A stretch of DNA of 64,000 nucleotides from Octopus sinensis (Eukaryota). The position numbers and the translations under genes were made by a program. Below, piece by piece: positions 1 to 14,583 of this stretch. The DNA lies in assembly GCF_006345805.1 (NCBI RefSeq), contig NC_042999.1:98146001-98210000 (forward strand), given 5' to 3'. How positions within the stretch are numbered: the stretch's first letter is position 1; every line of letters begins with the position of its first letter. The notes under the pieces are model-generated. The model did no database searches. It worked only from the letters and a program-made list of their open reading frames with translations, and was not told the DNA's origin.

Positions 1-267
1 TTCATGAACAGGGGTCAATTGTTCGAAAAATCGGTTGCTTAACGTCAGAACGAACAAAAAAGAAAACTTCTATCTAATCATTCATCTTGTAACCATACAT
101 CAGTCTGACTGTCTGTCTGTATGTCACTGTTAGTTCGTCCATCCACCCATCCAGCCAACCATCCAGTCAGCAAGTCAACCATCTGTCCGTTTGTTCATTC
201 ATCCATCCATCGAACCTCTAATTACACACACTTACACGTGTGCGTGAACACATACCACACATACACA

Positions 268-436
268 CTCTTTTCTACTAGAGGCATAAGGCCCGAAATT
301 TTTTGGGAGAAGGCCAGTCGATTAGATCGACCCCAGTAAGCAGCTGGTACTTAATCTATCGACCCTTGAAGGAGTAAAGGGAATGTCGACCTCGGCGGAA
401 TTTGAACTCTGAACGTTTCTGCCAGCTCGCCGCCTT
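268..436 (-). mobile_element. tRNA-derived SINE family S1, internally deleted copy
   Basis: Reverse complement begins aaggcggcgagctggcagaaacgttcagagttcaaattccgccgaggtcgac, matching the near-intact copy at 40803-41024 (B-box-like gagttcaaattcc). Confidence 0.8.
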
Positions 437-539
437 GCCACCCATACACATTTAGAGCATAAACTGGTATTTAAACGAGGGTATACAATTTTACATACAT
501 ATGCTCACACACGCACACACACACACGCACACACACACA

Positions 540-570
<31 letters not shown>

Positions 571-583
571 TGTATATATATTT

Positions 584-722
584 ACGACGGGCTACTTTCA
601 ATTTCCGTCCACCAAATCCACTCACAAGTGCTTGGTCAGCCCGAGGTTATGGTAAAAGACACTTACCCAAAGTGCCATGCTTTGGGATTGAACCAGGAAT
701 CATGTGATTGGGAAGCAAGCTT
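584..722 (-). mobile_element. tRNA-derived SINE family S2, 5' part
   Basis: Aligns by eye to the head half of the full copies at 21629-22052 and 45076-45462 (ccaaatccactcacaag...ggtcagcccgag...gacacttacccaa). Confidence 0.8.
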
Positions 723-987
723 CTTTATTTCATTTAATTGCCTTACGCAGAAAGGAAGCTGCGGGCTGGACACAAACGCTTAATGTTATGAATGAAATAT
801 GAAATGGCGAAAAATGAGGGCAACAGCAACGCCCGCCGATTGCTGTATACCCGAGCACATTGTTCTTTTATAAAACATTTTGAAGCAATAAACCTCTTAC
901 AAAAACAACATTAACGAGGCAATATACCTCTTACATTGACTACATACGAAGCCACTTTGAAGCAATGAACCTCTTACTCAGTTCCAT

Positions 988-1371
988 TTAGGTATCAAGA
1001 ATACAATCTTTTTGCCCGACCAGACTTTTCGCCTCAGAAAAACATCTGGGCGGTTCCAAGTCGGGCCAATTCAACATAAATCTATAGGTATCATTGGGTA
1101 AGGAATCCATTATCCTGAACAGGTTGCTCTCCCTCATGACCTTCGCAGCCACCTGCGAAGGCCAGTCAGAGTCCTCCGTGCAGGACGGGACCCCCTCCCT
1201 TCGGCCCTTCGTTTTGAGCTTGCCGACAAAGCGCTCCACTGTCCCTCCCTTATGGAAGCGGACCACATATTCCTCCTCCATATTATCCACCTTATTCTCT
1301 CGACCTTGCTCCTTCAGACTACCATTTGTTTCGTAGTTTACAGAATCATTTGGGGGACATAACTTTCGCAA
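988..1371 (-). other. 127-codon GC-richer open frame of unknown origin, possibly the ORF1 C-terminus of a non-LTR element
   Basis: Non-repetitive ORF (EEEYVVRFHKGGTVERF...WPDLEPPRCFSEAK), cut upstream by a mariner fragment and followed by a UTR-like tract. No domain recognised. Confidence 0.3.
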
Positions 1372-1581
1372 GCCAGGAGGTCGAAACTGACATTTCAGAG
1401 TTCTTCACTTTGAAACCAAAAGAGTTTTACATTGATGGGATTACAAAGCTTGTAAATAGATGGAAGAAAGTCATAGATAAACAGGGAAAGTACATTGATG
1501 ATTAAATTTCAATTAAATATAACATTTGATCACTTGTTTTCTTTATTCAAATTCGGACAGAACTTATGGGATGAACTGATA
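1372..1581 (+). mobile_element. mariner transposon 3' end with TIR
   Basis: Encodes QEVETDISEFFTLKPKEFYIDGITKLVNRWKKVIDKQGKYIDD*, a typical mariner C-terminus. It ends in cggacagaacttatgggatgaactgata, the near reverse complement of the TIR at 60948. Confidence 0.85.
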
Positions 1582-1604
1582 TATATATATAAATATGTGT
1601 GATA

Positions 1605-1642
<38 letters not shown>

Positions 1643-1645
1643 TGT

Positions 1646-1732
<87 letters not shown>

Positions 1733-1797
1733 GCTCCGTGTGTACATATATTTCGCTTACGCATAGCGATACTGACTTTTGTCACTGTAATTTTTTA

Positions 1798-2929
1798 TAC
1801 GAGGGAAAGGAAAAAGTTATCCGCATTTCACCATTACATATCTTTATTACTGCTACACCGCGTTCTGCGCATACGTGCTTAAAGTTGGTACTATTGTGGT
1901 CACGTGATTGAAATTCGGGCCTGATCACGCCATTTTTCTCTCTGGCTTTACAATGTAAGCATGGCCGGCCAAGCGTGACACCCTAAGAGAGAGCTGAACG
2001 CTCGCCAACCTCCACTACAGACGAGAAGATTCAGCAAGTTCGAGAGATGGTAATAGTGAACCGGCGAGTTATCATCGATGAAGTAGCTCGTTCTCAGCAG
2101 ATTAGTCATGGTTCTGCTCATCAAATCATCCACGTTGAGCTCGGCTTCCATAAAGCCTGTTTAAGATGGGTGCCAAGAAAGCCTGCTTTCGAGCACAAGT
2201 GCAAACGTCTTGAGTTTTGCCAACGTTTACTCGATCTCTACAACAATGAGGGCGAGGAATTTTTTAAGCAGAATAGTCACAGGAGATGAAACGCGAGTCC
2301 ATCGTTATGAGGCAGAATCCAAAAGACAGAGTATAGAGTGGAAATATTCTGGCTCACCATCGACGAAGAAATTCAAGACTCAGACTTCCGCGATAAAGGT
2401 GATGCTAAGTCTTTTTTTTTGGGGGGGGGGGTCTCACCTATACCGGAAGGCTAGCTTTGAAAGGGGTGGACGATGAACAATGCAAGATACAGTGTTTTGC
2501 TGGCCAACAATCTGAAACTAGTAATTCGCAGAGAAGCACCGAAGCCTATTGTCGAAGAAAGTTTTGTTGTGGCATGACAATGCACAGCCACCACGGGCGC
2601 CCAGACTGTTGAAACCATTAACCAATTGAGGTGCTGGGACACTCTACCTACAGCCCAGATCTCATCCAATCCGACTATTATATCTTTGGAGCTCTCAAAG
2701 ATAGTTTACGAGGCCATAGATGAAGATGTGAAGGAAGCGTGCATAAATGGTTGCACGACCAACCGAAACCTTCTTCTTAGAGGAAATACACAGACTTGTG
2801 GACCGCTGAACTAAGTGCATCGAAAAGGAAGGAGACTAAACAGAAAAATGACGAACTTGTTTATCCCCTGATTTTATGTAAATACATTGAAAAAACAAGA
2901 GTGCATATAATTTTTGATTCTTCCTCGTA
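1798..2929 (+). mobile_element. near full-length degenerate mariner (DD34D) transposon, transposase pseudogene
   Basis: Motifs RWVPR, IVTGDETRVHRYEAESKRQSIEW, LWHDNAQP and a decayed YSPDLAP region across frameshifts. Degenerate TIRs tacgaggg.../...cctcgta at TA sites. Confidence 0.9.
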
Positions 2930-4099
2930 TAGAGATACATACGTACGTACGTATGCATGGACGTACGTATGTATGTATGTATGTATGTATGTATGTATGT
3001 ATGTATGTATGTATGTATGTATGTATGTATGTATGTATGTTTGTTTGTTTGCTTGTGTGTGTATTGCATGTGTTTGTGTGCATGTGAGTATGTGTGTGCA
3101 TGTGTACCATTTTGGCGAAATCTTGGTAACCAGAAACAGTGTGATTAATTGTGTTTCTATAGCTTGCGCATATTGTGCCATTACTTTTAGAACTTCGTTT
3201 CATCATGTTTTACCTAATTTCTGGTTGTAATGGTTCTTTGTTCGGCGCAATTGAGGATAATTTTATCTCAGATTTGAGTCTCAGTCGGCGATGTGATTTT
3301 TCTTCGTTTATTGCTATTCTGTTTAGTCTTTATTTCTGCTGTTAGCTGTTTAGACGTTTTCCCGTCATTATTTTAGCATGGCCGTATGTAGCTCCATTTG
3401 TTGCTTAGATCTTAATTTTTTAAACAATTTCTGTTATGATCCGCTTTCTCCTAGTAAATGATTACCATTTCAGTTACTGTTTTGTATTAGCTGGCTTCCA
3501 TAAAAACTGAAAACACTTCAATTTCGTAAGCGATTTTTTTTTATTTCCAATTCTTTTTACATATTATCCATTGCTTTGTGTTAAATGTGTTTTATATCTA
3601 TATAAGATATTTTTAATAGTTTTTTGTTTGCACAAATCCTCTGGCCAAATTCACGGTAAATACAATACTACTACTACTACTACCAGATTTTCGGTTGTGC
3701 ACTTTGAATGCAGCTAATATTTTATTGTTTTTCTGTCTAGTCTTCCTAACTAATTTAGTGTCCAGTCCAGAAATTTATGACTATAACCTTTTAGTAGAAC
3801 AGAGAGAGTATTGATGACTTTTATGTTAGATCTCTTTTGTCTGCATTTAGCTGTATTTTATTAATTAATCTACTGTGTCTATCGGCGAAAAGAACATGTT
3901 CAGAAGATGCTTACGCCGTAAATCTCTTTCAACGTAAATTATACAGACACACAGACACACATACAACGCACACACATACTCGTACACACACACACACAAG
4001 CACACACAAACACATTGACCTGATATTTCTTTAAAACCCCATGTCTTATACTACACTGATACTTTTGTGCAGCTTAATCTCTAGCGAGGCATCTTTGAC

Positions 4100-4520
4100 T
4101 GAAGAGCTTAAGAATACAAAGTGAGTTTATCTTCTCAAATCGAAGCCTTTGCTGTTTTTATGATGATCGATGTTTACCTAGCTGCCTGTATTTCAGCACA
4201 TTAGTTACCTGTAGCGTACCCTTACAGCCAATCATCTGGTAGGATAAAATTTCCCTTACAGAAATTCTCAAATATGCGCAGTTAATCAACGCCGAAGCAA
4301 TGGTATTGAAATGTATTCCCCACTGTACTGGGTGCGTAATCCGCATGGATGAGCTCAATCTTCCAAGAATAGTGCTCTAGTGTGTGCTGACAAAGTGCCC
4401 TCGTTAACATTGTGGAAAGGCCTATTGAAGATCAAACATACTACCCGTGCTGCCCGTGCGGTTACAGCAAGGACCTTCAAGGACTTGCTGCAGATTAAAA
4501 GATGTAGTGATGTGTTACAT
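4100..4520 (+). mobile_element. decayed RTE-like LINE 3' fragment
   Basis: tgtactgggtgcgtaatccgcatggatgagctcaatcttccaagaatagtgctc translates to CTGCVIRMDELNLPRIVL, resembling the RTE C-terminal RWxGHVxRMxxxRLP motif. Confidence 0.45.
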
Positions 4521-4735
4521 ATGCACAAAACACCAAATTCAAATGCACCAAAGGACGGACGAAGGGCTATCTCTAGCCATTGCCAAATTCACTCAGCAAG
4601 TATAACAATGTGTAACATGTTAACACTGTGTAACATTATTTTTGTCCTTGTGGGTAGTAGCTGTTATTTCCTATTTGCTTTCGCCTAGAAAGTTTAAAAT
4701 ATGGGTATATCCTTCAAACTTTGCTTTTGTTACAT

Positions 4736-4905
4736 TCAAAGCTCAAAGAATCCCTCTCAACACATGGCTATGATGCTCCTCCACTACTGCTCATGATCGG
4801 CGATGCACACATTGTCAGCCACTAAGGGACATATTCAAGGGATTATGGTCAAGCAAGTAACGAGCAAATCTGTGATATTGAGCAGAATATTTGCTATAAC
4901 GATAC
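4736..4905 (-). mobile_element. partial copy of the non-coding repeat at 16601-16998
   Basis: Shares caacacatggctatgatgctc..ccactac...gatgcaca..tgtcagccactaagggacata with 16880-16965. Confidence 0.7.
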
Positions 4906-5071
4906 TTCTGCTTCAATGACTAAGCGCTGAATCTGTCTGAAATGTAATGGAAAATAGTTCAGTTTCAAAACATTGATGTCCACGTCATAAAAACCAAGTT
5001 TGAAGTGAAGAGTAATGATTTCCTTTGATTTCTAGATAGAAGCAAATAGGAAATAAAACTTACTGAACAAA

Positions 5072-5253
<182 letters not shown>

Positions 5254-5389
5254 GTATATATATATACATTTATATAAAGGTTTTTTTTAAATAGTGTAAT
5301 CAAAGCAGTTCTCTGATCTGTCTCTCTCATGTTCGTATTGCACTGCATCTACTAACCAAACAAGAACACGGTGGAAAAGGGCAAGACAT

Positions 5390-6644
5390 GCGATGAAACA
5401 TTCCTTTAACTAACAAAACCATCAAAAGTAGGTTCGATGAAATAGTACGTGAACGTAGATTTTCCATAGAGCTGTTGGTGATAGTATCACATTGTTAATT
5501 ACATATGTGATATAATTAGATGATAATACTTATCAAATGGAAATGATTTTTAACAAAATCGTAGAAGCAGATACAAGAGTTGAGTCTGTTTTTACTTGTC
5601 TTGATTAGTTATTTTTGCTGAAAACATTATCCCCATTGATATTATTTCTTGTGCATTCGACTGAACTCCCAGTATGGCTGGTTGATATAGGGGTTTATAT
5701 AACATTTAAGAAAGAAGTTTTAACTGCCGTTGCCATTCGCTTCATAATTCATTGTCAACATCTTGTTGCCAAACCTTACAATACAGACTTGTATCAGTCG
5801 CTCCAGATTGCAGCAAAGATAATCAATAAGATCAAGTCAAAAACATCTGATAGAATATTTCAATAACTGTGATTTGAAAAGAAGCTTTCATCATGAAATA
5901 TGTCTTTCCAACAGCAACTATCTGTGCCAAATTGTAGAACTATTTGACAGTCTTCAAAAATTTCTTCGGTGTGAGAACTTAGAATTACTGACAAGAGATT
6001 GAAAAGTTAAAAATTTAGCATTTTAATCGCATTAATCACTGACTTTAGGGAAATAATGTGTTGCATAGGGACGCAAAAATGTATCTTCTTTTTTTTTTTC
6101 AGTGGGAAAATGCAGTTTTAACATTGTCATGTCCTGTGTCACAATTTGCGTTATTTCACGCAAGTATCTAGTATTTCAGAGGAACTGTGTGATAATTATT
6201 ATGTGCATTTTATGCAAAACCTTTTTAAAATTTGCTTCAGATGACTTGGAGCCCCGATTTATTAACATAGATGTGCTTAACTAGATCTTTAACCTCTTCA
6301 TTATTGAAGTGTATCAGATGACGAATACAAGGTTTTTTTGAAGACCTCCTCCTGTTGCAATATAATACTGAAGCCAAGATGACACAAGTTTATAAAGTTA
6401 TGTAGATAAACAAGGATACTGATACTAGGTATCCAAATCATTAATCTCAAGTCGAATTCTTGACCATCTTCCTTCTCACCTCGTCTTGTTGAAATGGCAT
6501 TTCACATAGTGAATCATATATTAAGTTATTCACGCGATTACCTCAATATTACGAAAAGGAGAGAACTTATCTCATTATGCAAGTTTCTTTCTGACATTTT
6601 GACTCTTGCATAAGAAGACCCTCCCAAACTTTGGGAATGCACTG
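5390..6644 (+). mobile_element. decayed hAT (Buster/Charlie, ZBED5/SCAND3-like) transposase remnant with right TIR
   Basis: Frameshifted segments IPLTNKTIKSRFDE and IIHCQHLVAK...QSLQIAAKIINKIKS, plus a C-terminal LVEMAF..LNITKR region. Ends gtttgggaatgcactg (reverse complement cagtgcattcccaaa), a Buster-type TIR. Confidence 0.75.
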
Positions 6645-7046
6645 AGCAACTATTTCTAATATGTATAACAAAAGTTTTGTGTCGTTAGTATATTTTTCTT
6701 AGATTGCTGTGTTGTGGCTATCGTGGAAAGAAAAGTATTCCTTTTCTCTTATATCTTCGTTCAGAATTTGAATAATTAAACATTAATATTTAATTAAACT
6801 TTTTTTATTTATGGTTTGTTAAACATGATTTATTCTATGAGTTTTAAAGTTAAGACTATTCCAACTTTACAATGTTTCAAAGTAATCAGTATATGAGAAA
6901 AAGATATATAGTAATGGCGTAGAGTAACGGCTGTGTGAATTGAATTACTTAATTGAATGATGATTCTACAGTATGTTTTATGGGAATTGTGCAGATGAAA
7001 GTGTACTATATGTTGTGCTATTGAATTGATAATATCTTGTTGAGGA

Positions 7047-7260
7047 AAGGCAGTGAGCTGGCAGAATCGTTAGCACACCGGGAAACATGCTCAGCGGTAT
7101 TTCGTCTATCTTTACGTTCTGATTTCAAATTCCGCCGAGGTCGACTTTGCCTTTCATCCTTTCGGGGTCGATAAATTAAGTACCAGTTGCGTACTGGGAT
7201 CGATCTAATAGACTGGCCTCCTTCCCATGTGGAAGATATGGGCCGTGTCAAGCAGATTAT
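7047..7260 (+). mobile_element. SINE family S1
   Basis: ggcagtgagctggcagaatcgttagcac...ttcaaattccgccgaggtcgactttgcctttcatcctttcggggtcgataaattaagtacc. Confidence 0.9.
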
Positions 7261-7439
7261 TTAAAACGATATATAGATTTATAAGCTATAAGCATAATTT
7301 TTCTGCTTTTGTTATTCTTCATCATTCCAACTATTATTGGTACTGTTTTTATTTACATAACCTAGTCCTGCTTATTTCTATTTCAGGTGTTTTGTGCTTT
7401 AATTGTCTTTGAATTTCTTTCAGTTGACGTTTAGCTTAG

Positions 7440-7750
7440 AGAACTTCAAAATATCTAGAATTTATATCTAGACAATTCGTCATATCCCCTTATCAGATCA
7501 TGTTCAAATACTGTTTTGGGGACATGTTTACACCAACCACTACATCTCAGCTTTGACACAGCAGTATCGGTATAGAATTCAATGGGCATTGATATCCACT
7601 TGATAGTGCTTGTGTATAGATTCTGACCTTGCAAGGCTAGGGCAGACTCATTTAGTAGACTGCATTTGATCTTAGTCTCTTGATTAAATTTTGGTGTAAC
7701 ACTTTTCTTTTGTGACACGGTGTTAACCCTGTGTACTTTTCATTTATAGA
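7440..7750 (-). mobile_element. decayed Penelope-like GIY-YIG fragment
   Basis: LRCSGWCKHVPKT resembles the IKCSGCHQDYVGST motif of the young PLE at 36-38 kb. Confidence 0.4.
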
Positions 7751-8125
7751 TTTTGAGCTATGAGGTATTGCTCAAAGAGCGAGTTTTCTGTTTATTTTTA
7801 TCCTTCATATATTTTACGTTTCCATTTTGATTTTGCCTTTTGTTTTTAAACATTATTGTTGTTTCATCATTATTTAAAGCTTTTTCATCGGCGTGGTTCG
7901 CTTCTGATGTATTTTGTCGCTTATAAAGTTTTCTTTTCTTTTCTTTCTTTAGTACTGAATTATATTAGACGTATACGTGATACTTTGTATGAGTTTTCAA
8001 TTTGTATCATGTCTCGTACACTTTATGATAGTTATATTCAAAACATCTTGACTCTAGGTAGTGATTTAAGAACACTGATACTAATATTTATTTATTTATT
8101 ATTTATTTACTATTATTTATTTATT

Positions 8126-8774
8126 TAACGAAGTGTTAGCGCTAAGCAGTGTTTAGGCATGAGCAGAATTTAAGTTTGTTGAAATACATTTGTGACCTAT
8201 TTCAACTGCTAAAAGGCAAATACACTGCAGTTACCATGGAAAATATATCTCTCTTATGGTAAAAAGGTGTGAAAATACCCGGTTCGTTCAGTGTCGCCAT
8301 CGTTAGGAATCGCAGACATCGATGTTTCAAGCTTCTTAGCTCTTGTCGATGAGATGTACCTAAGAGAGGCAACTCTGAACGAAATTATAAAGCCATAGCT
8401 TTATGCATGATTCGTATTTCAACTAACCTAAAGTCTGCTCATGCCTAAACACTAATGAGCGCTTACACTTCGTTATTTGTCCTCGATCAGGCGATCTACT
8501 AGCGCAAATAGGTCAACGTATTGACTGAATCATACATAAAGCTATAAGCTCGTTCAGAGTTGCCTCTCTTAGGTACACTCATCGACAAGAGCCAAGAAGC
8601 TTGAAACATCGATGTCTAGGAATCCTAATAGATGGTGACACTAAACGAACAGAGTGTTTTCACACCTTTTTAACATAAGAGAAATATATTCTCTACGTTA
8701 ACTGCAGTGCAATTTGCCTTTTAGCAGTTGAAATATGCCACAAACGTGTTTCAACTAACCTAAATCCTACTCAT
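8126..8774. repeat. compound fold-back (MITE-like unit plus inverted partial copy)
   Basis: 8158-8413 is an imperfect reverse complement of 8527-8774, and 8415-8475 is the reverse complement of 8126-8186. Confidence 0.85.
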
Positions 8775-8891
8775 TTGTTTATTTATTTATTGAGTCTAAG
8801 CTTTTCAATTTTCTTAAACTTCTGTTTACAATATTGGAACAAAAGTTCATAACTGGGATGGTTAGTCTATTTACACTTACCTTATTTCTAA

Positions 8892-9097
8892 TATTGGTTT
8901 CAAATTTTGACACAACGCCAGCAATTTCGGGGGAGGAGATAAGTCGATTGCATCGATTTCAGTGTTCAACAAGGTACTTATTTTATCGATCCCGAAAGGA
9001 TGAAAAGTTAAGTCGACTTCAGTGGAACTTAAAGACGGTCAAAATGCCGCTAAGCATTTTCTCCTGCGTGCTAACGATTCTGCCAACTCACCGCCTT
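8892..9097 (-). mobile_element. SINE family S1 (left member of an inverted pair)
   Basis: Reverse complement starts aaggcggtgagttggcagaatcgttagcacgcagg. Confidence 0.9.
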
Positions 9098-9131
9098 ACC
9101 TTAATTCTGATACTGAATTGAGATTTATGAG

Positions 9132-9345
9132 ACGGCGATCTGGCAGAACCGTTGCCGCGCCCAGTAAAATGTTTGGTGGCATTTTGTCTACCTTTACGTT
9201 CTGGATTCAAATGCTGCCGAGGTCAACTTTGCCTTTCAACCTTTCAGGGTTGACAAAATAAGTACTAGCCGAACACTAGGGTCGATGTAACCGACTTAAT
9301 CCCTCCCCGAAATTGCTGGCCTTGTGCCAAAATTTGAAATCAATA
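9132..9345 (+). mobile_element. SINE family S1 (right member of an inverted pair)
   Basis: acggcgatctggcagaaccgttgcc...ttcaaatgctgccgaggtcaactttgcc...cttgtgccaaaatttgaaatcaata. Confidence 0.85.
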
Positions 9346-10443
9346 CTGAATTCTAATATCAGTACATTCTTTGTACTTTTTTCCCTAAGTTCTTTTTCAT
9401 TGTAATCATGGTTTTAATTGCATCTTCAGTAACTTTTTTAAAGGGAACAAGCCTGAGTAGAATTGTACGTTGGATAACGAGCCTCACTGAAGGATTGTTC
9501 TTTTTGTAGACATATTGTAGGTCCTTGTTTGTTCTGCATTCATGGGTTTGTTTTCCACTGTCACATGATGTACCTTGATAGTATTGGAACTTCTATATTT
9601 ATATGGAGTGGCTTCAATTTCTGAGTGAAAATAGTCTTCACGATTTCTTTTTCAATTTTATTTCGATACTCTCAACATTTTATGTAAGGTATTGTTTCAG
9701 AAAGTCTCACTCTATTTTGATGAGGTCTGGTCACTCTGGACTGTACCAACGATACTAAACAGATTAAATCATTCAATGTGCTGATATTTGAATTGTCTGT
9801 TTCCATGGATAGAATTTATTGCAGTACCTATCTTGGTACTGCTTGTTCGTGTATACCTTTCACTGGAGTTTCCATTGATCCATGTTCATCGATTTCGTTA
9901 TATTCACCTCTGTTATGTTTGTTGATTTTGTTAGGCTGTCTTCAAAGTTAGCTGTGGTTGATCTGTTATGCTGTATGATTTTATTCTGTTTATTGGTAAG
10001 TACGGGATCAAGAGTGCATTTTTGTTCTAACTTGGTGTTCAGTTGGATGCTTCCATAGGAAGTTCTGTGATTTTCATCATAATTTTAGTTTTTAGTTCTT
10101 TTTACATTTAATCTCTTTTTGTCTTCCTTTTTCTTATTTTTGTATGTGATACTTTTGTTGTATCTCGAGGGCTCGGCCTTTTCAGTTGATTTTGATTCTT
10201 CTGTTCTAGAGGCTTATGTGATTTGTTGTAATATTTTCATTGGTTTGTAGAGGCAAAACCATTCTGTGTGCTCTCAGGTATTTGGTATACTTTCAGAGTG
10301 TATTCTTTCTATGAGCCGTTCTGTTTTATGTTCTGATTTTTTATAGTTTATGTTTTTTCCGTATATTTTGCATACCATTAGAATTTTCTTTTTCTAAAGT
10401 TTTGGATTCGTTTTCTCGACCTCTACAACATTTTCTTCTTTTT

Positions 10444-10489
10444 ATCCTCCTCCTTCTCCTCCTCCTCCTCCTCCTCCTCCTCCTCCTCC

Positions 10490-10522
<33 letters not shown>

Positions 10523-10558
10523 CCATCATCACCGCAACCACCACCACCACCACCACCA
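10444..10558. repeat. compound (TCC)n(TCA)n(ACC)n microsatellite
   Basis: Directly visible. Confidence 0.95.
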
Positions 10559-12291
10559 ATTACTTTTTCTTCTTCTTAGAGTAACTTTGGCCCATTTGTG
10601 GAATCCCATACTCCTGATTTATCCCGGTTTAACTTACGCACAATATTTTCGTTATCCATTTGGTCATTGTTCTATGGGTCATGTAGAATAAGTTCTAAAA
10701 ACAGGGAATTATTTATAATTTGTCATTGATTATTTATATCACTCTTCAAAGCTCTGATTAGGCTTGGAATTGTTGTTGCAACTATAATGTGAGGGGAGAG
10801 CATAAGTTTCATCGCCGAACCCGCAGAGAAAGCCTTGAGATATCTTTGAAAAGAGGAGGCATATCGTGGCTTGTTTCTGTTTGGGTGCAAGCTGGGACTT
10901 TATCAATTCCGTCTGCCTCAACTGCTCAAAGGGTTCTGTTGTTGGAAAACCCTAAATGCTTCGCAAAGCCAGCAAGAGATGTATTTTTATAGAGAACATT
11001 TCGTTCGTCGTTTCATTAATATCGTCGAGTCGTATATATTTGTATATATGTTTGTATATTAAAGCGTAAACAGTTCATTGGTCAGTGGTCTGGAAGTACA
11101 TCGTGTGTTTGTGTATGGAACTCAAAATTTTTTTCTATCTTGTACCATAGTTCATTGACTGCTGTTACTGTAGACACGTGAATTAAAATCATTTAACCAG
11201 GAGTCGGAGACATTCAGTTGTTTAAGTGACGCCTTTGTTATAAAAGTAATAGGTAAAAATACTCTGTAAGTTGTATTATTGGACTGAAATTGTCGAGTGT
11301 AGAATTTCCGCTCTCCCAATTAGAGCTACATTTTATATTTATACCAATGTACCAACTAGTATCTCTGATTTTATCTTTTAACACAGAATTTTTCTTTATT
11401 GCCATTTCAAAATCATTGAGCTTTAACACATTTTCGAGTTCTTTCCAGGAATGCCTCGTTTATGAAAATCGAGATATCTGTCAAAATGCATATTCTTTTT
11501 TTGTTTTCTACCTTTGTTTGCAATATATCATAGCTAGTGTATATATCAAGGAGAACTACTTCAACACTAATCTACTGTTATAGGTTAGTTATTCTATAAT
11601 GAAGATTAACTATATGAAGCTAACCATCATATAGCTTTTCTATATCAAGGCTAAACTTGATATTGCATCGTAATCATGTCATTGATATACCATTTATCTT
11701 CAAGTTTGATGCCTGTATGTTTTTAATGGATATAATTATTTATCCAGTTATTTCTATGAATATATTATTATCGATTTTTTTTTAGCATTGGGTAGCTGAT
11801 AATGATTTGCTCAATTGTTTCCTGATGTTCAATGACAAATCTGGCGTTGACATTAAGGCGTTTGTTTTATTACGTCATTGTCGTAATTGTTTTGAGGTTG
11901 GGCATAAACTTTGTACAGATAAGCCTACACATTCATTTTATGAGGTCTGCGTTTTTGAACTATTCATGACTTTTACATTGGTTAACTTTCTTTCTAAGCA
12001 GTCTTCATTGGATAATGACCAGGGAAAGATTTTTTTTAATTTCCAAACCCTCATATTTAGAGAGTTTTTCCATTTTTAATGGAAATACAGTATCAGAGTA
12101 TCATCTGTTGTGTTTGATAATTCAAAAGGAGTCATGTAGTTTCTCCTAATGACCGCTCGATTGATTTACTGTCTCTGTGGTGTAGCACATCTTCGAATAT
12201 AGCCCTTTGTAGTTTACTGAGTCTTTGTCTTTGGCACATTTTTTCTAATTCCGTTACCCCTTAATGTATTCTTTCCTAAGGCTAAGCAACC

Positions 12292-12547
<256 letters not shown>

Positions 12548-12904
12548 TCCTTATTCAACTGTATGCCCAATACAGCATAAATCAGAACAATTGAAATAAG
12601 TTTAGATATTACAAAGTGTCAAGCAGCTGAAATGAGAGTGTCAACATATTCTTGCTGTGGACAGACGGTGTGAGTCTTCTGATGGACTATTTCACGATTT
12701 GTTGATCACTTCTCAGAGAAGTTGCACTCGGTTTCCTTTCTCAATCAATAGCATAGATCAGCTGCTATATAGAAAAAAATGATACATCGAGATAACATCA
12801 TCGTAGATGGCTTAATTTGCATATTTTGCTTTTGAAGGCACATCATTAATTGAACAATCCCACTTTTCTGAATAACACACCGTAAGTTACCCTTATTGTT
12901 GTTG

Positions 12905-14543
<1,639 letters not shown>

Positions 14544-14583
14544 TATTATTATTATTATTATTATTATTATCATCATCATCATC

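Noticed and set aside
878-977. CRISPR-like repeat-spacer mini-array
   Set aside because: Only three imperfect 19-22-nt repeats with short unequal spacers, in eukaryotic DNA, with no cas genes. Kept only as UTR repeats.
1798-2929. SETMAR host gene
   Set aside because: No SET domain; frameshifts, stops and TIRs indicate a plain mariner relic.
5390-6644. Domesticated ZBED5/SCAND3-like gene
   Set aside because: Numerous stops and frameshifts plus a TIR indicate a decayed transposon.
10860-10915. Another UUGAUAA...GAAAC hammerhead candidate (minus strand)
   Set aside because: No convincing stem I, stem III or GUH triplet.
9450-12290. Degraded retroelement-like minus-strand sequence
   Set aside because: Too decayed to assign to a clade or set boundaries by eye.
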